Origin: a virus
Taxonomy: Duplodnaviria > Caudoviricetes
DNA length: 64,000 bases
IMG/VR virus record: IMGVR_UViG_3300050500_000423
Coordinates: 1 to 64,000 of that record
Direction: 5' to 3' (one strand)
The translations under genes were made by a program, and so were the position numbers. A model generated the notes under the pieces. It made no database searches. It was given only the letters and a program-made list of their open reading frames with translations, and was not told the DNA's origin. Every line of letters starts with the position of its first letter. Within the stretch, counting starts at the first letter, position 1. Below, piece by piece: positions 8,698 through 18,606 of this stretch.

Positions 8698-9483
8698 ATG
8701 CCCGACGCAGCTTTCCCCGACGCGCGCGAACCCGACCCGCTCCACGACCTCGATGACGAGCTCATGGGGCCGGAACCCGATTGGGACTCCGAACCCGTCC
8801 CGCCACCCGACGCCGCGAACGCCGAGAAGATGCTGTTCCGTCTCTCCCGCGTCCGGAGCGACCGGGTACGCGTCAAGGACGCTGCCGACCTGAGAATCGC
8901 GCAAGTCGAGGCGTGGCGCTCGCATCGCGACGGCATCCTCGCCGCACAGGAGACGTACATCATCGAGGCGCTCGAGCGGTACCACCGGGCGGTCATCGCG
9001 ATCGCTCCGAAGCAACTCTCCATCAACCTCCCGTCGGGGGACCTCACATCGAAGATGGGGCAACCGGAGTGGACGATCGAGGAGGCGGAAGTCATCGAAT
9101 GGGCTGTTCCCGCCGAGGTCACGGCGACGTTCCTCGCAGCCCGTGAGGCGTACGTCGCCGCGCTCGGGCGCGCGATCGCGGAGTCCGACGACCCCGATCG
9201 AACTCGTGCGGTGCTCGACATCAAGCCGCCGTCGCCGCCCGGGTTCTCCCGGAAGAACTTCAAGGCGTACGCGACGCGACGCGACGAGAAGGACAAGCCG
9301 GTCGCATGGGGGATCGACCCGCAGGGCGAACCGATCCCCGGCGTCACCGTGAAGGACCCGGAGCGGCAGTACGGAGTGAAGCTCACCGCCGAGGACGACG
9401 ACGGCCGCGACGAGATCACGGATCGCGACGACCCGACCCGGCTCGGTCTCGAGCCGACCCCGATCACGGAGGACGACCAGTGA
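8698..9483 (+). CDS. Mu Gam-like host-nuclease inhibitor
   Basis: Coiled coil (IAQVEAWRSHRDGIL) followed by SINLPSGDLTSK; adjacent to RecT-like gene. Confidence 0.58.
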   Translation: MPDAAFPDAREPDPLHDLDDELMGPEPDWDSEPVPPPDAANAEKMLFRLSRVRSDRVRVKDAADLRIAQVEAWRSHRDGILAAQETYIIEALERYHRAVIAIAPKQLSINLPSGDLTSKMGQPEWTIEEAEVIEWAVPAEVTATFLAAREAYVAALGRAIAESDDPDRTRAVLDIKPPSPPGFSRKNFKAYATRRDEKDKPVAWGIDPQGEPIPGVTVKDPERQYGVKLTAEDDDGRDEITDRDDPTRLGLEPTPITEDDQ

Positions 9484-10901
9484 CGAGGACCGACACCCCC
9501 GCAGCGGAGCCGATCGACGACGCCGAGGTCGTTCCGGAACCGACCGAGGCGACGATCCCGACGACGACCGTCGAGGTCGAGGGACTCGGCACGATCGGGG
9601 AGGACCAACTCCCCACGCTGACGAAGGACCTCCTCAAGGACGTGCTCCGGAAGGGTCTCAACGCGGTTCCGCCCCGCAGCGCGACCCGCGACGAACTCGA
9701 GACGCTCGCCCGGAACGGTCTCCGCCTCCGAGCGATGGTCGAGGCCGACACTCCCGTCGTCGCGGTCGATGAGCCGGAGCAGAACGAGGACGAGGTCGCG
9801 GAAGCCGCGCTCGTCGCGTACGAGGCGGCGCAGGAACGACCCCTCGTCGCGCCGCCCTCGGTGTTCGACCAAATCGTCGCGATCTCGCAGGTGATGTCGA
9901 AGTCGAACCTCGTCCCCGACGCGCTGCGTGGTCCCGGGAAGCTGCCCGACCTCCAAGTCGTCCTTCTCCGCGCGTGGGACCTCGGTATCTCGCAGTCGGC
10001 GGCGCTCGAGAACCTCTACGTCGTCCACGGCAAGATCGGGATGGAGGGCAAGCTCATGGCCGCCCTCGTGCGTCGCGCGGGGCACTCCCTCGTCGTTGTC
10101 GAGTCCGACCGCTTCCACGCGATCTGGCGTGGCGTACGCGCCGACAACGGCGACGCGATGGAGGCGGAGTTCGACCTCATCGACGCGAAGAACGCGGGCC
10201 TGATTCAGGACTACGACGAGAACACGTACGAAGTGACGCCGATCCGCGACAAGCCGATGTACAAGTCCTACACGAAGGCGATGCTCAAGTGGCGAGCACT
10301 CGCGATCCTCTGCCGCGACCTGTTCTCCGACTGCCTCGCTGGCGTCTCGTACCTCCCCGAGGAACTCGGCTACATCGACACGGAAGCTGCGGATACCCTC
10401 CCGCCTGGTGCGTCGCAGGCAGGCGGTACCGGGCGTCCCTCGACGGACGAGCAGACGCACACGCTGAACTCGGAGCGGTCCGCGCTCGCCGCGCGCATCA
10501 CGCAACTGCCGAGGGACCTCCGCGTCGACCTCGGTGCCGAGTGGACGAAGCGGAACCTCCCGAAGGTCGACGACCTCCGACCGGCCGCGATCCGCACGGC
10601 ACGGAACCTGATCACCGCGGCAGAGCAGAAGCTCCGGGAACGGACCGAGGCAGAGACCGGTCCCGTCGACGACGCCGAACTCGGAGACGACGACGCACCC
10701 GACGGTGCTCGCCTCCCCGAGACCGACGATTCCGACGACCTCACGGAGTTCTGCGAAGGGTGCGGCGACCCCATCGGAGACGACGAGCATCCCGTGTACG
10801 ACGACCAGGAGAAGCCCTGGCACGTCGCCTGCTCGCCGGACTTCACGGACAACGACGGGTCCGCCGAGGACACGGACGACAGCGCGGAGAGCGACGGGTG
10901 A
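9480..10901 (+). CDS. recT: RecT/Red-beta-like single-strand annealing protein
   Basis: ALENLYVVHGKIGMEGKLMAALVRRAG...YTKAMLKWRALAILCRDLFSDCLAG..YLPEEL; acidic C-terminal tail with zinc ribbon. Confidence 0.68.
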   Translation: MTRTDTPAAEPIDDAEVVPEPTEATIPTTTVEVEGLGTIGEDQLPTLTKDLLKDVLRKGLNAVPPRSATRDELETLARNGLRLRAMVEADTPVVAVDEPEQNEDEVAEAALVAYEAAQERPLVAPPSVFDQIVAISQVMSKSNLVPDALRGPGKLPDLQVVLLRAWDLGISQSAALENLYVVHGKIGMEGKLMAALVRRAGHSLVVVESDRFHAIWRGVRADNGDAMEAEFDLIDAKNAGLIQDYDENTYEVTPIRDKPMYKSYTKAMLKWRALAILCRDLFSDCLAGVSYLPEELGYIDTEAADTLPPGASQAGGTGRPSTDEQTHTLNSERSALAARITQLPRDLRVDLGAEWTKRNLPKVDDLRPAAIRTARNLITAAEQKLRERTEAETGPVDDAELGDDDAPDGARLPETDDSDDLTEFCEGCGDPIGDDEHPVYDDQEKPWHVACSPDFTDNDGSAEDTDDSAESDG

Positions 10902-11698
10902 GCGAGGCGGAAGTCCTCGCCTACTGCCCGATGTGCGGAGCATCCAGCCCACCCGACGCGTTTCGTGAGCATCGCTGCCCGTCCACGATCCCGGCGTCGC
11001 TGACGGACACCGTCGACTGCGTCAGGAGCCGGTACGACGACCCTCTCGCGGTCGGGGTGAACCCGCTACTCGACGCGTGGGAGTCGCTCGAGTCGGCTCG
11101 ACAGTGGCCGAGTTGGAGACAGCGTCCGTCGGGTGTGAACCCGAAGTCTGACGCCGAGTGGAGTGCGATGTTCAGCGAAGAGGCCGCCATCCGCGCGCTC
11201 CGTCGGGAACTCGTCTCTCGGTACTCGTGGGCGATCCCGACAGACGAGGCGCTCGACGCGATCCTCGACACCGGACCCGTTCTCGAAGTCGGGTGCGGCA
11301 CCGGATACTGGTCCGCCCTGCTCCGCGCGCGCGGTGGCGACGTGATCGCGACCGATACCGGCGGCAGCTCGTACCAGCACTACCACAAAGGCATGCCGCG
11401 ATGGACCGCCGTCATCGAAGTCGACGGAGCGGACATCGCCGCGCAGCACCCTGACCGGACGCTGCTCGTCTGCTGGCCCCCGATGGACCGCTTCGCGTAC
11501 GAGTCCGCGCGCTCCTACTTCCGAGCGGGTGGGCAGATCGTCGCGTACGTCGGGGAGCAGTCGTGGGGCTGCACCGCCGATTCCCGCTTCCATCGCTATC
11601 TCGAACTCACGTCCCGGCCGGCCGTATCCGTCGCGATCCCGCAGTGGGCAGGCATCCACGACTCGCTCGTCATCCACACCCGAGGAGGGACCTTGTGA
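10898..11698 (+). CDS. Class I SAM-dependent methyltransferase
   Basis: YSWAIPT...VLEVGCGTGYW...TLLVCWPP...VAYVGE. Confidence 0.7.
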   Translation: MSEAEVLAYCPMCGASSPPDAFREHRCPSTIPASLTDTVDCVRSRYDDPLAVGVNPLLDAWESLESARQWPSWRQRPSGVNPKSDAEWSAMFSEEAAIRALRRELVSRYSWAIPTDEALDAILDTGPVLEVGCGTGYWSALLRARGGDVIATDTGGSSYQHYHKGMPRWTAVIEVDGADIAAQHPDRTLLVCWPPMDRFAYESARSYFRAGGQIVAYVGEQSWGCTADSRFHRYLELTSRPAVSVAIPQWAGIHDSLVIHTRGGTL

Positions 11699-12111
11699 CC
11701 GGACGAAGAGTGCCCGAGTCGTCGTTGCTGCCGGCGACGATCCAAGTCGAGCACGCCACGCCCGACAGCGGCGAGACCGTCTCCGCACGCGACCCGTACG
11801 TCGAGCGGTACTGGCTGCCGGTGCTTGGTCCGACATCGCTCGTGATCGTGCGACGCTTCGCGTTCGACGCGTTGACCGCGCCGATGACCCGGTACGAGAC
11901 CGAGACGCTCGCGAGCGAGCTCGGAGTCTCGGCCCCGACGTTCGCGCGGGCGATGGGTCGTCTCTGTCGCTTCGACCTCGCGTACGCGATCAGGGACTCG
12001 CGGGAGCCGCGGTCCTGGTGGTCCGTCCTCGCGATGATCCCGGTCGTGAACCCGAAGCACTATCGCCGCCTCCCCGATGTCCTCGCGGACGAGTTGGCGA
12101 GCGCCCGGTGA
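11695..12111 (+). CDS. hypothetical protein, possible winged helix
   Basis: YVERYWLPVLGPTS...LASELGVSAPTFARAMGRL. Confidence 0.5.
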   Translation: MTGRRVPESSLLPATIQVEHATPDSGETVSARDPYVERYWLPVLGPTSLVIVRRFAFDALTAPMTRYETETLASELGVSAPTFARAMGRLCRFDLAYAIRDSREPRSWWSVLAMIPVVNPKHYRRLPDVLADELASAR

Positions 12112-12121
12112 GCCGGCGGGG

Positions 12122-13573
12122 GTGTTCCGGGTGAGGCCGACCGATGAGCAGGCGGCCGCCCTGTCGTTGTTCCTCGCGGGTGAGGACATGGTCATCGACG
12201 CGGGAGCCGGGACGGGCAAGACATCGACGCTGCGGTTGCTCGCGTCCTCGACGCGCCGGCGCGGCCGGTACCTCGTGTTCTCCCGCGCGCTCGCGGACGA
12301 GGTCGCGGGGAAGATGCCCGAACGGTGCGCGTCGGGGACGGCGCACTCCCTCGCGTTCCGAGCGGTTGGTCGTCGCTACCGACACAGGCTGAACGCTGAG
12401 CGGATGCGGTCGGAGCAGATCGCGCGCCAACTCGGAATCGACCCGCTGATCGTGAACGGGAAACGACTCGCGCCCGGATGGCAGGCAGGTCACGTCATGC
12501 GCGCTATCGCGACGTTCTGCGCGACAGCACACGAGGAACCGTCGGCACGGCACTTCTCGTACGTGGACGGCATCGATGATCCCGATAACCAGGGGAACCC
12601 GACGTACGGACACAACATCGAACTCGCACGCCATCTCGAGGGGGCGCTCCGCAAGGCGTGGCAGGATCTCGCGTCGCGGCAAGGGCAACTTCGGTTCGGG
12701 CACCACGTCTACCTCAAGCTCTTCCAACTGTCGCACCCGACGATCACCGCCGACTACATCCTCTTCGATGAGGCGCAGGACGCGTCGCCGGTCATGGCCG
12801 CGATTGTCGCGGAGCAGGATCACGCGCAGAAGGTCTACGTCGGAGACGCGAACCAGGCCATCTTCCGGTTCACGGGCGCGGTCGACGCGATGGAGGGCTT
12901 CGACTCTACGAACCGTCGATCCCTGACGCAGTCGTTCCGGTTCGGACCCGCGATCGCGGACCGAGCGAACGGTGTCCTCGCGGCGCTCGACTCGCCGCTT
13001 CGTCTCCGGGGTCTCGACTCGATCGACTCGACCGTCGGGGAACTCCCCGATGATGCTCCTGTCGACGCGCTGCTCTGCCGCACGAACGCGACGGCGATCG
13101 AGGAAGTCCTCCGCTACGTGAACGCCGGCCAACCCGTTCACCTCGTCGGGGGAGGCATCGAGGTCGCCGCGTTCGCTCGTGGAGCGCGCGAGCTCAAAGC
13201 GCAGGGGTACACGTCCTATTGGGAGTTGTCGTGCTTCTCGACCTGGGGGGAGGTCCTCGACTACGTCCAGAAGGACCCGAACGGCAGCGAGCTCGGGTTG
13301 ATGGCGCGCCTCGTTGAGGAGTTCGGGACAGCGACGATTCTCCGAGCGGTGGACTCGTCAGCGCCGGAAGCTCCGGGCGTGATGGCGGTCTCGACGGCGC
13401 ACAGGTCGAAGGGCAAAGAGTGGCCGGTCGTTCGGATCGCGGAGGACATGGTCGATGTCGACCTGACCGTGGATGAGCTCCGGCTCCGGTACGTGGCGTT
13501 CACGCGGGCACGGCTGCACCTGGACGACGGCGTATTCCGTGCCGGTGTCGAACGGACCGAGGGGGCAGCGTGA
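12122..13573 (+). CDS. UvrD/Rep-like superfamily 1 helicase
   Basis: AGAGTGKT, LFDEAQD, YVGDANQAI, LTQSFRF, STAHRSKGKEW, YVAFTRA. Confidence 0.88.
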   Translation: MFRVRPTDEQAAALSLFLAGEDMVIDAGAGTGKTSTLRLLASSTRRRGRYLVFSRALADEVAGKMPERCASGTAHSLAFRAVGRRYRHRLNAERMRSEQIARQLGIDPLIVNGKRLAPGWQAGHVMRAIATFCATAHEEPSARHFSYVDGIDDPDNQGNPTYGHNIELARHLEGALRKAWQDLASRQGQLRFGHHVYLKLFQLSHPTITADYILFDEAQDASPVMAAIVAEQDHAQKVYVGDANQAIFRFTGAVDAMEGFDSTNRRSLTQSFRFGPAIADRANGVLAALDSPLRLRGLDSIDSTVGELPDDAPVDALLCRTNATAIEEVLRYVNAGQPVHLVGGGIEVAAFARGARELKAQGYTSYWELSCFSTWGEVLDYVQKDPNGSELGLMARLVEEFGTATILRAVDSSAPEAPGVMAVSTAHRSKGKEWPVVRIAEDMVDVDLTVDELRLRYVAFTRARLHLDDGVFRAGVERTEGAA

Positions 13574-13932
13574 CCGCGGGATGGCAGGGGTTCTCCCGGC
13601 CGGGTCGCCACGGCGGCGACCCCGTTCCTCGGGCGACGTTCCGTCCCGAGGGTGCTCTCTTCCTGAACGCCGCCGCGCATCGCCTGATCGGCCGTACGAG
13701 CGCCCTCACGCTGCTGTACGACCCCGAACAGCGGGTCCTCGCCCTCCGGCCCGCAGCCGAGTCGGATGAGGCGGCGTACCGATCATCGACGGGCATGGTC
13801 AGTGTCCGTGCGCTGTTCTCGTACTACCGGCTCCTGCATCCCGAGGCACCGACCAGCGTCGATGTCGAGTTACAGGACGGCATGCTCGTCGTGCCCCTCC
13901 CCGGCGAAGTCCGGCGAGAGGACGGCAGATGA
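13570..13932 (+). CDS. hypothetical protein
   Basis: In-operon ORF with overlaps. Confidence 0.55.
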   Translation: MTAGWQGFSRPGRHGGDPVPRATFRPEGALFLNAAAHRLIGRTSALTLLYDPEQRVLALRPAAESDEAAYRSSTGMVSVRALFSYYRLLHPEAPTSVDVELQDGMLVVPLPGEVRREDGR

Positions 13933-14273
13933 GCGATGAGACCAAGGTCATAATCCCGGAAGCAGGCGGTCTCAGTTGGTACGACGCTGACCGGGTCCTC
14001 GCCGGCCGTTGCTACGCCGACGTTCACCTCCGACCCGACGGTCTCTACGAGGCGAACGGGCGGACCGTCTCGGGTCCGATCGTCTACTACGAGGTCGGGG
14101 ACGACGAGCGCGACGAGTGCGAGACGTGCGGGATACCGAGCCTCGTCCCGCCGGCGTTCGTCGCCTGCGTGACGTGCGGCGAGGACATCGACGTGAAAGG
14201 TCGAGACGACCCCGCGGTGCGAGCGTTCATCGACACGCACCGCTGCCCCGAAGAGAACGGAGACCTGCGGTGA
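13929..14273 (+). CDS. hypothetical zinc-binding protein
   Basis: CETC, CVTC...H.C. Confidence 0.55.
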   Translation: MSDETKVIIPEAGGLSWYDADRVLAGRCYADVHLRPDGLYEANGRTVSGPIVYYEVGDDERDECETCGIPSLVPPAFVACVTCGEDIDVKGRDDPAVRAFIDTHRCPEENGDLR

Positions 14274-14737
14274 GTGACCCGTCGCTACCGGTCGAGGCGA
14301 TCGACATCCTCGTCAGTCGCGCGATCCGCGACCCGAAGAACCCGGGGCAGATGCCGGGACGCGCGCACCAAGCGTCGTTCCGTCTCCGGTCGGGGTTCGT
14401 CGCGCTCGCCGCGTTGACGACAGAGCGGTGTTCGTGCCCCGACGTGACTCCCGTGTGGCATGCGTCCGCGTCGATCTGGCATGCCGACGCACACGCGGGG
14501 ATGACCAGCGACTCGCGGCTCGACCGCGAGACCGACGCGCAGGAGATCGCAGAGGTCCTCCTCCGCGGCCGGGGTCGTCCGCAGTCCGTATGGTGGTGGA
14601 ACGCCGATGCACGTATCGGGCACATCTGGGCGCACATGCTCCTCGCGGAGGGACTCGCTGTCCCGCCGTCGCAGCCGTGGACAGATACCCACGATCTCGG
14701 TGAGCTCTACGTCCGTCGCGGAGCACTCGCACGGTGA
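14270..14737 (+). CDS. hypothetical protein
   Basis: GTGA overlaps at both ends. Confidence 0.55.
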   Translation: MSDPSLPVEAIDILVSRAIRDPKNPGQMPGRAHQASFRLRSGFVALAALTTERCSCPDVTPVWHASASIWHADAHAGMTSDSRLDRETDAQEIAEVLLRGRGRPQSVWWWNADARIGHIWAHMLLAEGLAVPPSQPWTDTHDLGELYVRRGALAR

Positions 14738-14883
14738 CGATCCTCGGAGAGGACTGCCCGGTTGGGGGTCTGCACTCGATCGACCGTGACGACGAGTGGG
14801 ACGACCGGGTTCGCTGCTGGAAGTGCGGCGCTTGGTGGGAGGTCTCGACGCTCCCCGTCGCTGTGCTCGAGGACCTCGACTGA
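14734..14883 (+). CDS. small hypothetical protein (not in the ORF track)
   Basis: MTILGEDCPVGGLHSIDRDDEWDDRVRCWKCGAWWEVSTLPVAVLEDLD; overlaps both neighbours. Confidence 0.5.
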   Translation: MTILGEDCPVGGLHSIDRDDEWDDRVRCWKCGAWWEVSTLPVAVLEDLD

Positions 14884-15173
14884 TGAGCGATCTTCCCGCG
14901 ACGTGCAGCCGATGTGGCGCTCCGGTCCTGCTCCGCTTCGGGTTCTGGCTCCCCCGCTGGTGGGACGCCGACGAGTCCGGTCCGCATGACTGTCCGGGAG
15001 GACCGGGCACGGGTGTCGAACCCGTTGTAGAGTCACCCGCAGAACGCGAGACGACCCCGGGGGTGGGTGAGTTCCCGGGGCCGACTCAGAGACCGTGCGA
15101 TGCCGCGCACCGTCGAGCGAGACACTACCCGGTCTCCGCTCCCCGGCAGCGCCGAGAGGGGAGCGTCAGATGA
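14883..15173 (+). CDS. hypothetical zinc-ribbon protein
   Basis: CSRCGAPV...HDC. Confidence 0.5.
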   Translation: MSDLPATCSRCGAPVLLRFGFWLPRWWDADESGPHDCPGGPGTGVEPVVESPAERETTPGVGEFPGPTQRPCDAAHRRARHYPVSAPRQRREGSVR

Positions 15174-15234
15174 CCGAGATGACGGACCCCGGCACTACGC
15201 CGATCGCGAACCCGTCGCGCGAGGTAGCGGTGCG

Positions 15235-16014
15235 GTGACCGGCTCGGCGCTGCTTCTCTCGGAACGACTCGTTCAGGCACAGCCGTCCGTGGTCCGAGCG
15301 TTTGGCCTCCTCCAAGCCGTCGTGCTCCAACAGATCGCGTGGCACCTCGACGCGGCAGAGCACGGCGAATGGCACGACGACGAGGAATGGTTCCCGGTCA
15401 CCTGCTCCGACCTAGCGTCCGAGATCGGTGTCTCCGAGGCCGCTATCGGTCGCGCGACCCGGTCGCTGGAAGAGCGTCGCGTGCTGCTCTCGGTCCAGCC
15501 GGAGGGATGGTCAACGCGGCGGAAGTGGTACCGAATCGACCGCGACCACGAGGACCTCGTTCCTCTCCCCCAATCTACGAAATCGAAGGATCGGAACCGA
15601 CGAAATCGAAGGATCGGAACCGACGATTCCGTAGCTTCCCCCTCTTCAACTGTTGAAGCCTTGGAGACACCGGCTGACGCCGCTCCGGCTCCAAGCGCGC
15701 CGAAGGTCTCCGCGCGGAGACGCACAGCAGCAGAGAAGAGCGAGGACGACACGCGCGCGGACAAGCTCACGCGCGACTGGTGGGAGTCGCGAACCCCGAG
15801 ACCTACCCCCGCCGGCGGATTCGTCGCCGTCCGGAAGATCGTCCTCGCGTTCGTCCGGGCCGGCTGGTCCGACGCGCAACTCGCAGCGGCGCTTACCAGC
15901 GTCGCGACCGTCGCGAACTGGTCGCTCGAGGAAGCTCTTCGTCGTGGCACCCGAGGACGCCCCGGGGTTCCTGAGTACGACCGGTCGGCACCGACGCAGA
16001 GGATCGCGCTGTGA
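15235..16014 (+). CDS. Phage replication initiator (N-terminal wHTH)
   Basis: LQQIAWHL...TCSDLASEIGVSEAAIGRATRSLEERRVL...RRKWYRID; internal direct repeats; immediately upstream of the DnaC-like gene. Confidence 0.62.
   Translation: MTGSALLLSERLVQAQPSVVRAFGLLQAVVLQQIAWHLDAAEHGEWHDDEEWFPVTCSDLASEIGVSEAAIGRATRSLEERRVLLSVQPEGWSTRRKWYRIDRDHEDLVPLPQSTKSKDRNRRNRRIGTDDSVASPSSTVEALETPADAAPAPSAPKVSARRRTAAEKSEDDTRADKLTRDWWESRTPRPTPAGGFVAVRKIVLAFVRAGWSDAQLAAALTSVATVANWSLEEALRRGTRGRPGVPEYDRSAPTQRIAL
15577..15626 (+). repeat. Tandem 23-bp direct repeat (iteron-like) inside the initiator gene
   Basis: ACGAAATCGAAGGATCGGAACCG x2 plus ACGA; palindrome CTTCAACTGTTGAAG at 15643-15657. Confidence 0.7.
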
Positions 16015-16589
16015 CAGCCGACTCAGACGCCGTACGGGAGCATGCCGAGGCACTCGCCGCTATGCGGAACGTCGGATGGCGAGGACGGGTCCCCCGCCGA
16101 TTCAGGGATGCGACCCTCGACAGCATCGCGGACCCGCTCTACACGGACTTGCTCGCCTGGGTCACGCACGACTTCCCGCGGCCGAACCTGATCCTCACGG
16201 GACCACCGGGAGTCGGCAAGACGCACGCGGCGGTTGCCGCAGCGCGAGCACGATGGGATCTCGGAGACGACGTTCGGTTCCGAGCTGTCGCGGCACTGAT
16301 GGAAGGTCTCCGGCCTGACGGCCCCGACTCCCTCGACGTACTCGTCGGGGTCGATGTGCTGGTACTCGATGACCTCGGTGCCGAGAAGCCGACCGACTGG
16401 ACACGGGAACGCCTCGACCTACTCATCGACGCCCGATGGGCAGCGACGCTCCCGACGATCATCACGACGAACCTCCGACCCGACGGACTCGAGCAAGTCC
16501 TTGGACCGCGGGTCTGGTCGCGGGTAGCCGAGCAGTCCGCGACCGCGTACGTCGTCTCCGGTGCCGACCGACGAAGGGACCGCCCGTGA
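16011..16589 (+). CDS. DnaC/IstB-like ATPase (helicase loader)
   Basis: GPPGVGKT, LVLDDLGAE, IITTNL. Confidence 0.85.
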   Translation: MTADSDAVREHAEALAAMRNVGWRGRVPRRFRDATLDSIADPLYTDLLAWVTHDFPRPNLILTGPPGVGKTHAAVAAARARWDLGDDVRFRAVAALMEGLRPDGPDSLDVLVGVDVLVLDDLGAEKPTDWTRERLDLLIDARWAATLPTIITTNLRPDGLEQVLGPRVWSRVAEQSATAYVVSGADRRRDRP

Positions 16590-16897
16590 GTGACGCCGAT
16601 ACCGAACTCATCCGAGCGTGGGAGCAGTGGGACGAACGCCCCGGGCTCATCGAACGCGTCGACGCGTTCGAGAAGGCAACGAAGGCAGTCGCAGCCGAGA
16701 TCGGCTGCTCCGTGAGTCTCCTCCGTGAACTCGTGCTGGTGCTCCGTCGATACGGCTGGTCACGTGCCGACTGTCTCGCCGCCGTGCATCGTGCGCTCGA
16801 TGGTCACCTCCCGGTCCCAACGACGAACGTCCCCGAGGTACTCGCGACGAAGCGTCGTCAAGCGAAGCGAAAGGACCCCGCCGATGTCACTCGGTGA
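16586..16897 (+). CDS. hypothetical protein
   Basis: In-operon ORF. Confidence 0.52.
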   Translation: MSDADTELIRAWEQWDERPGLIERVDAFEKATKAVAAEIGCSVSLLRELVLVLRRYGWSRADCLAAVHRALDGHLPVPTTNVPEVLATKRRQAKRKDPADVTR

Positions 16898-17327
16898 TCC
16901 CGAACACCCGATCTCGTTCCGATTCGAGCCGCGCGTCGAGGGCGCACACGTGAAGGTCTACGTCCGGGCCGGTCTCGCTGGCATGCGCGCCTTCGCGGGG
17001 GAACTCTCCCTCCGCAAGGAAGAGTGGGCCGCGCTCGTGGAAGTCCTCGGCCGGTCCGTCGACGACGGCAAGCTCGCAGCGACGCTCCGCGAGTCAATCC
17101 CGATGGGCCTCCGCGAGAACCCGGAAGGACTCGACTACCACGCGCGGGTCCTTCTCGCGACGCAGTCCGGTGTCGGCACGGAGCACGTGCGACTCGTTCA
17201 CGTCGCGGAGGACCCGATCGAGATCGACGCGATCGTCAGCGACCCGTACCGCGACGAGTCCGACGACTTCTCGCGCGGCTACGCCGCCGGACTCGACGCC
17301 GGCCGCGCCGAAGGACGGCTCGGATGA
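16884..17327 (+). CDS. hypothetical protein
   Basis: In-operon ORF with RBS. Confidence 0.52.
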   Translation: MSLGDPEHPISFRFEPRVEGAHVKVYVRAGLAGMRAFAGELSLRKEEWAALVEVLGRSVDDGKLAATLRESIPMGLRENPEGLDYHARVLLATQSGVGTEHVRLVHVAEDPIEIDAIVSDPYRDESDDFSRGYAAGLDAGRAEGRLG

Positions 17328-17758
17328 GTCGCCGCGGCAGGAAGCGCGCCCGAGCGCGCGCCGACGCGATCCAGAAGGGTGAACCGACCGCCGCCGTGTT
17401 CGGCGTGTTCTGTCCCGGCATCCTCGACGTGCTGTCGATCGGGAAGGGCGACCTCCGCCTCGAGGTAGGCACGTCTCCGGAGGACCGCGACCGCGCCAAG
17501 GACTTGATCGGAGAAATGCTCCGGAAGGGCTACTCCATCTTCGTTGAGACCGACGACGGCCCGGTCCGCGTTCACGGCTTCATCGCGGAGCGGATGGTCT
17601 ACGTGATCGTCGAGGACGACGGCGACCCGGAGGCGGGTCCCGCGAGTCGTCCACCGAAGGCAGGTCCGCCGTCACCTCGGAAGCGTGGCGGCCGGAAGCG
17701 TGAGGTGCCCGTCGCTGGATCGCAGGCGACCGCGGTTGGAAGGACCTCCGGTGGGTGA
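17324..17758 (+). CDS. hypothetical phage protein
   Basis: LDVLSIGKGDLRL...MLRKGYSIFVE. Confidence 0.58.
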   Translation: MSRRGRKRARARADAIQKGEPTAAVFGVFCPGILDVLSIGKGDLRLEVGTSPEDRDRAKDLIGEMLRKGYSIFVETDDGPVRVHGFIAERMVYVIVEDDGDPEAGPASRPPKAGPPSPRKRGGRKREVPVAGSQATAVGRTSGG

Positions 17759-18536
17759 CCGAACCGACGAGCTCTCCCTATCCGGGGCCGAGGACTGGTC
17801 GTACGGCGACTGGCGCGACGCGCTGACGCACCTAAGCGGCGCCGTCGGGGAGTGGCAGGGCATCCCCTTGCCGGTCGACCAGGACGAGATACCAGTCCGA
17901 CTCCACGACCGGCATCCACTCGCGGAGGTATTCGGTACAGGGTCGTCCGAGATCGAGTTACTCGTTGGTGGCCCCGACCTGAACGACGGCGAGGACGAGG
18001 AGATCGTGAACCGCTGGTACGACGGCCGACATAACCGCGACGTGTTCATCATGCGTCGGTTGCCGTCGGGCCGCGCGTTCGCGTTGACCTGTCCACGGTC
18101 GCCGGATCAGTCGATGGACCGGCTGATGTTCTGGGTCCGGACGATCGGCGCGTCGGATGCCTGGTCGCTCGCAGCGGAGACCGCCGCGATGGAGAAGCTC
18201 TTCGGGCTGGTCTCGGAGCGGCAGTTCCGGCACTACTGCCTGACCGGCTCGTTCCTCGAGACATCCCCTCGGTCGCGTCTGACGTACGTGTTCCGTCGTC
18301 TCCGTCCGACGATCGCGCTTACGCCCCGCTGGAAGTACGGCAGCAGCGCCGAGGGGATGCGCTGCCTCGCGGTTCTCTGCCTGCATCCGATCGGCTACTA
18401 CGACCGCACCTGGGGTGGCTGCATGGTCCCGACCGACGATGTCATCGCGCACTTGCTGACGATGCGAGCCGATGAGGCGTACTTCTGGCGCAAGGCGAAC
18501 CAGCACGAGCCGTCCGCACCGGAGGCCGGTCTCTGA
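17751..18536 (+). CDS. hypothetical phage protein
   Basis: CLHPIGYYDRTWGGCMVPTDDVIAHLL...FWRKANQH. Confidence 0.65.
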   Translation: MGDRTDELSLSGAEDWSYGDWRDALTHLSGAVGEWQGIPLPVDQDEIPVRLHDRHPLAEVFGTGSSEIELLVGGPDLNDGEDEEIVNRWYDGRHNRDVFIMRRLPSGRAFALTCPRSPDQSMDRLMFWVRTIGASDAWSLAAETAAMEKLFGLVSERQFRHYCLTGSFLETSPRSRLTYVFRRLRPTIALTPRWKYGSSAEGMRCLAVLCLHPIGYYDRTWGGCMVPTDDVIAHLLTMRADEAYFWRKANQHEPSAPEAGL

Positions 18537-18606
18537 TGCCCACGATTCACGGCCGGAAGAGCGGGATACGTCGCCTCTGCGACGCCCGCGGTTACGAGAG
18601 GACGCT

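Noticed and set aside
8529-10952. Long antisense or off-frame ORFs (also 3619-5040+, 11990-13141-, 27899-29110-, 46098-47882-, 53044-54567- and many shorter ones)
   Set aside because: They are shadows of real genes in ~70% GC DNA: Arg/Pro/Ser-rich, with no motifs and no RBS.
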